Assembly (NCBI GenBank): GCA_040954595.2
Contig: CM082592.2
Location: 186,001 to 250,000 of the forward strand
Length of the DNA: 64,000 bases
From: Balanoglossus misakiensis
Lineage: Eukaryota; Animalia; Hemichordata
Direction: 5' to 3'
Below the pieces are notes generated by a model, which saw only the letters and a program-made list of their open reading frames with translations, made no database searches and had not been told where the DNA came from. The position numbers and the translations under genes were made by a program. Of this stretch, positions 62,686 through 64,000 are shown one piece after another. Within the stretch, counting starts at the first letter, position 1; every line of letters starts with the position of its first letter.

Positions 62686-63875
62686 GTTGTGTTTTCAAAT
62701 TCCTATTCGAATTGTCGACATTTTTGGGTGTCTGTGACTACTCTCTCGTCACATTCTGGCCTCTGTGTTTGCTGTAGTTGTGTTTTCGAATTCTTATTCG
62801 AATTGTCGACATTTTTGGGTGTCTGTGACTACTCTCTCGTCACATTCTGGCCTCTGTGTTTGCTGTAGTTGTGTTTTCGAATTCTTATTCGAATTGTCGA
62901 CATTTTTGGGTGTCTGTGGCTACTCTCTCGTCACATTCTGGCCTCTGTGTTTGCCGTGGTTGTGTTTTCGAATTCATATTCGAATTGTCGACATTTTTGG
63001 GTGTCTGTGACTACTCTCTCGTCACATTCTGGCCTCTGTGTTTGCTGTAGTTGTGTTTTCGAATTCTTATTCGAATTGTCGACATTTTTGGGTGTCTGTG
63101 ACTACTCTCTCGTCACATTCTGGCCTCTGTGTTTGCTGTAGTTGTGTTTTCGAATTCTTATTCGAATTGTCGACATTTTTGGGTGTCTGTGGCTACTCTC
63201 TCGTCACATTCTGGCCTCTGTGTTTGCCGTGGTTGTGTTTTCGAATTCATATTCGAATTGTCGACATTTTTGGGTGTCTGTGACTACTCTCTCGTCACAT
63301 TCTGGCCTCTGTGTTTGCCGTGGTTGTTTTTTCGAATTCTTATTCGAATTGTCAACATTTTTGGCTGTCTGTGACTACTCTCTCGTCACATTTCGGCCTC
63401 TGTGTTTGCCGTGGTTGTGTTTTCGAATTTTTATTCGAATTGTCAACATTTTTGGGTGTCTGTGACTACTCTCTCGTCACATTTTGGCCTCTGTGTTTGC
63501 CGTGGTTGTGTTTTCGAATTCATATTCGAATTGTCAACATTTTTGGGTGTCTGTGACTACATCTCGTCACATTTTGGCCTCTGTGTTTGCCGTGGTTGTG
63601 TTTTCGAATTCTTATTCGAATTGTCGACATTTTTGGGTGTCTGTGACTACATCTCGTCACATTTTGGCCTCTGTGTTTGCCGTAGTTGTGTTTTCGAATT
63701 CATATTCGAATTGTCAACATTTTTGGGTGTCTGTGACTACTCTCTCGTCACATTCTGGCCTCTGTGTTTGCCGTGGTTGTGTTTTCGAATTCATATTCGA
63801 ATTGTCGACATTTTTGGGTGTCTGTGACTACTCTCTCATCACATTCTGGCCTCTGTGTTTGCCGTGGTTGTGTTC
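62686..63875. repeat. 91-bp satellite, ~13 copies
   Basis: Unit GTGTTTTCGAATTCTTATTCGAATTGTCGACATTTTTGGGTGTCTGTGACTACTCTCTCGTCACATTCTGGCCTCTGTGTTTGC.GT.GTT. Two units are 87 bp. Confidence 0.95.
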
Positions 63876-64000
63876 TTTCCGCGCCTAGGATGTTTTTGGT
63901 CATCTGATGAAGCTGGTTCTCTACAAGATCCCAAGAATCCCAAGATTGCAGTCCGTCTTCAAGCAATTTATGTTTTTGCGCGCGCGCGTGCGTCTGTCGC

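Noticed and set aside
53510-63875. Tandem arrays as CRISPR
   Set aside because: No unique spacers, no cas genes, eukaryotic context.
63904-63960. Hammerhead ribozyme at CTGATGA
   Set aside because: No stem II followed by GAAA within the window.
62220-63966. Many Cys/Val/His-rich ORFs
   Set aside because: Artefacts of microsatellite and 91-bp satellite periodicity.

Overview
AT-rich, intron-containing animal DNA, probably a marine invertebrate deuterostome (inference from the repeat families). No intact host gene is visible. The left two-thirds is a tandem segmental duplication: copy 1 ends at ~15670 and copy 2 spans ~15671-42354. Each copy is a minus-strand mosaic of MED25 exons (vWA and ACID in both copies; SD1-like and low-complexity exons only in copy 2) followed by calcium-binding EGF exons. 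An intronic 7.6-kb AcademX-type DNA transposon (DDE + XPG/FEN1-like + Cys-rich) carries an OTU protease domain inside its catalytic core. The copies differ by many clean insertions and deletions. These include a young pol-less LTR element with identical LTRs whose single ORF is a ComEA-like HhH-Gag-zinc knuckle-protease fusion, a TAG..CTA element whose TIRs carry divergent CTCF/YY1 motifs, Kolobok/Harbinger/piggyBac/mariner-type MITEs, an AcademH derivative with a RecQ fragment, and a 43-bp micro-transposon with a 9-bp TSD. The right third holds microsatellites, three arrays of tandemly amplified exon-intron-like units, a 5'-truncated CR1/L2 LINE and a 91-bp structured satellite. All calls come from reading the sequence and recalling motifs; no database searches were run.
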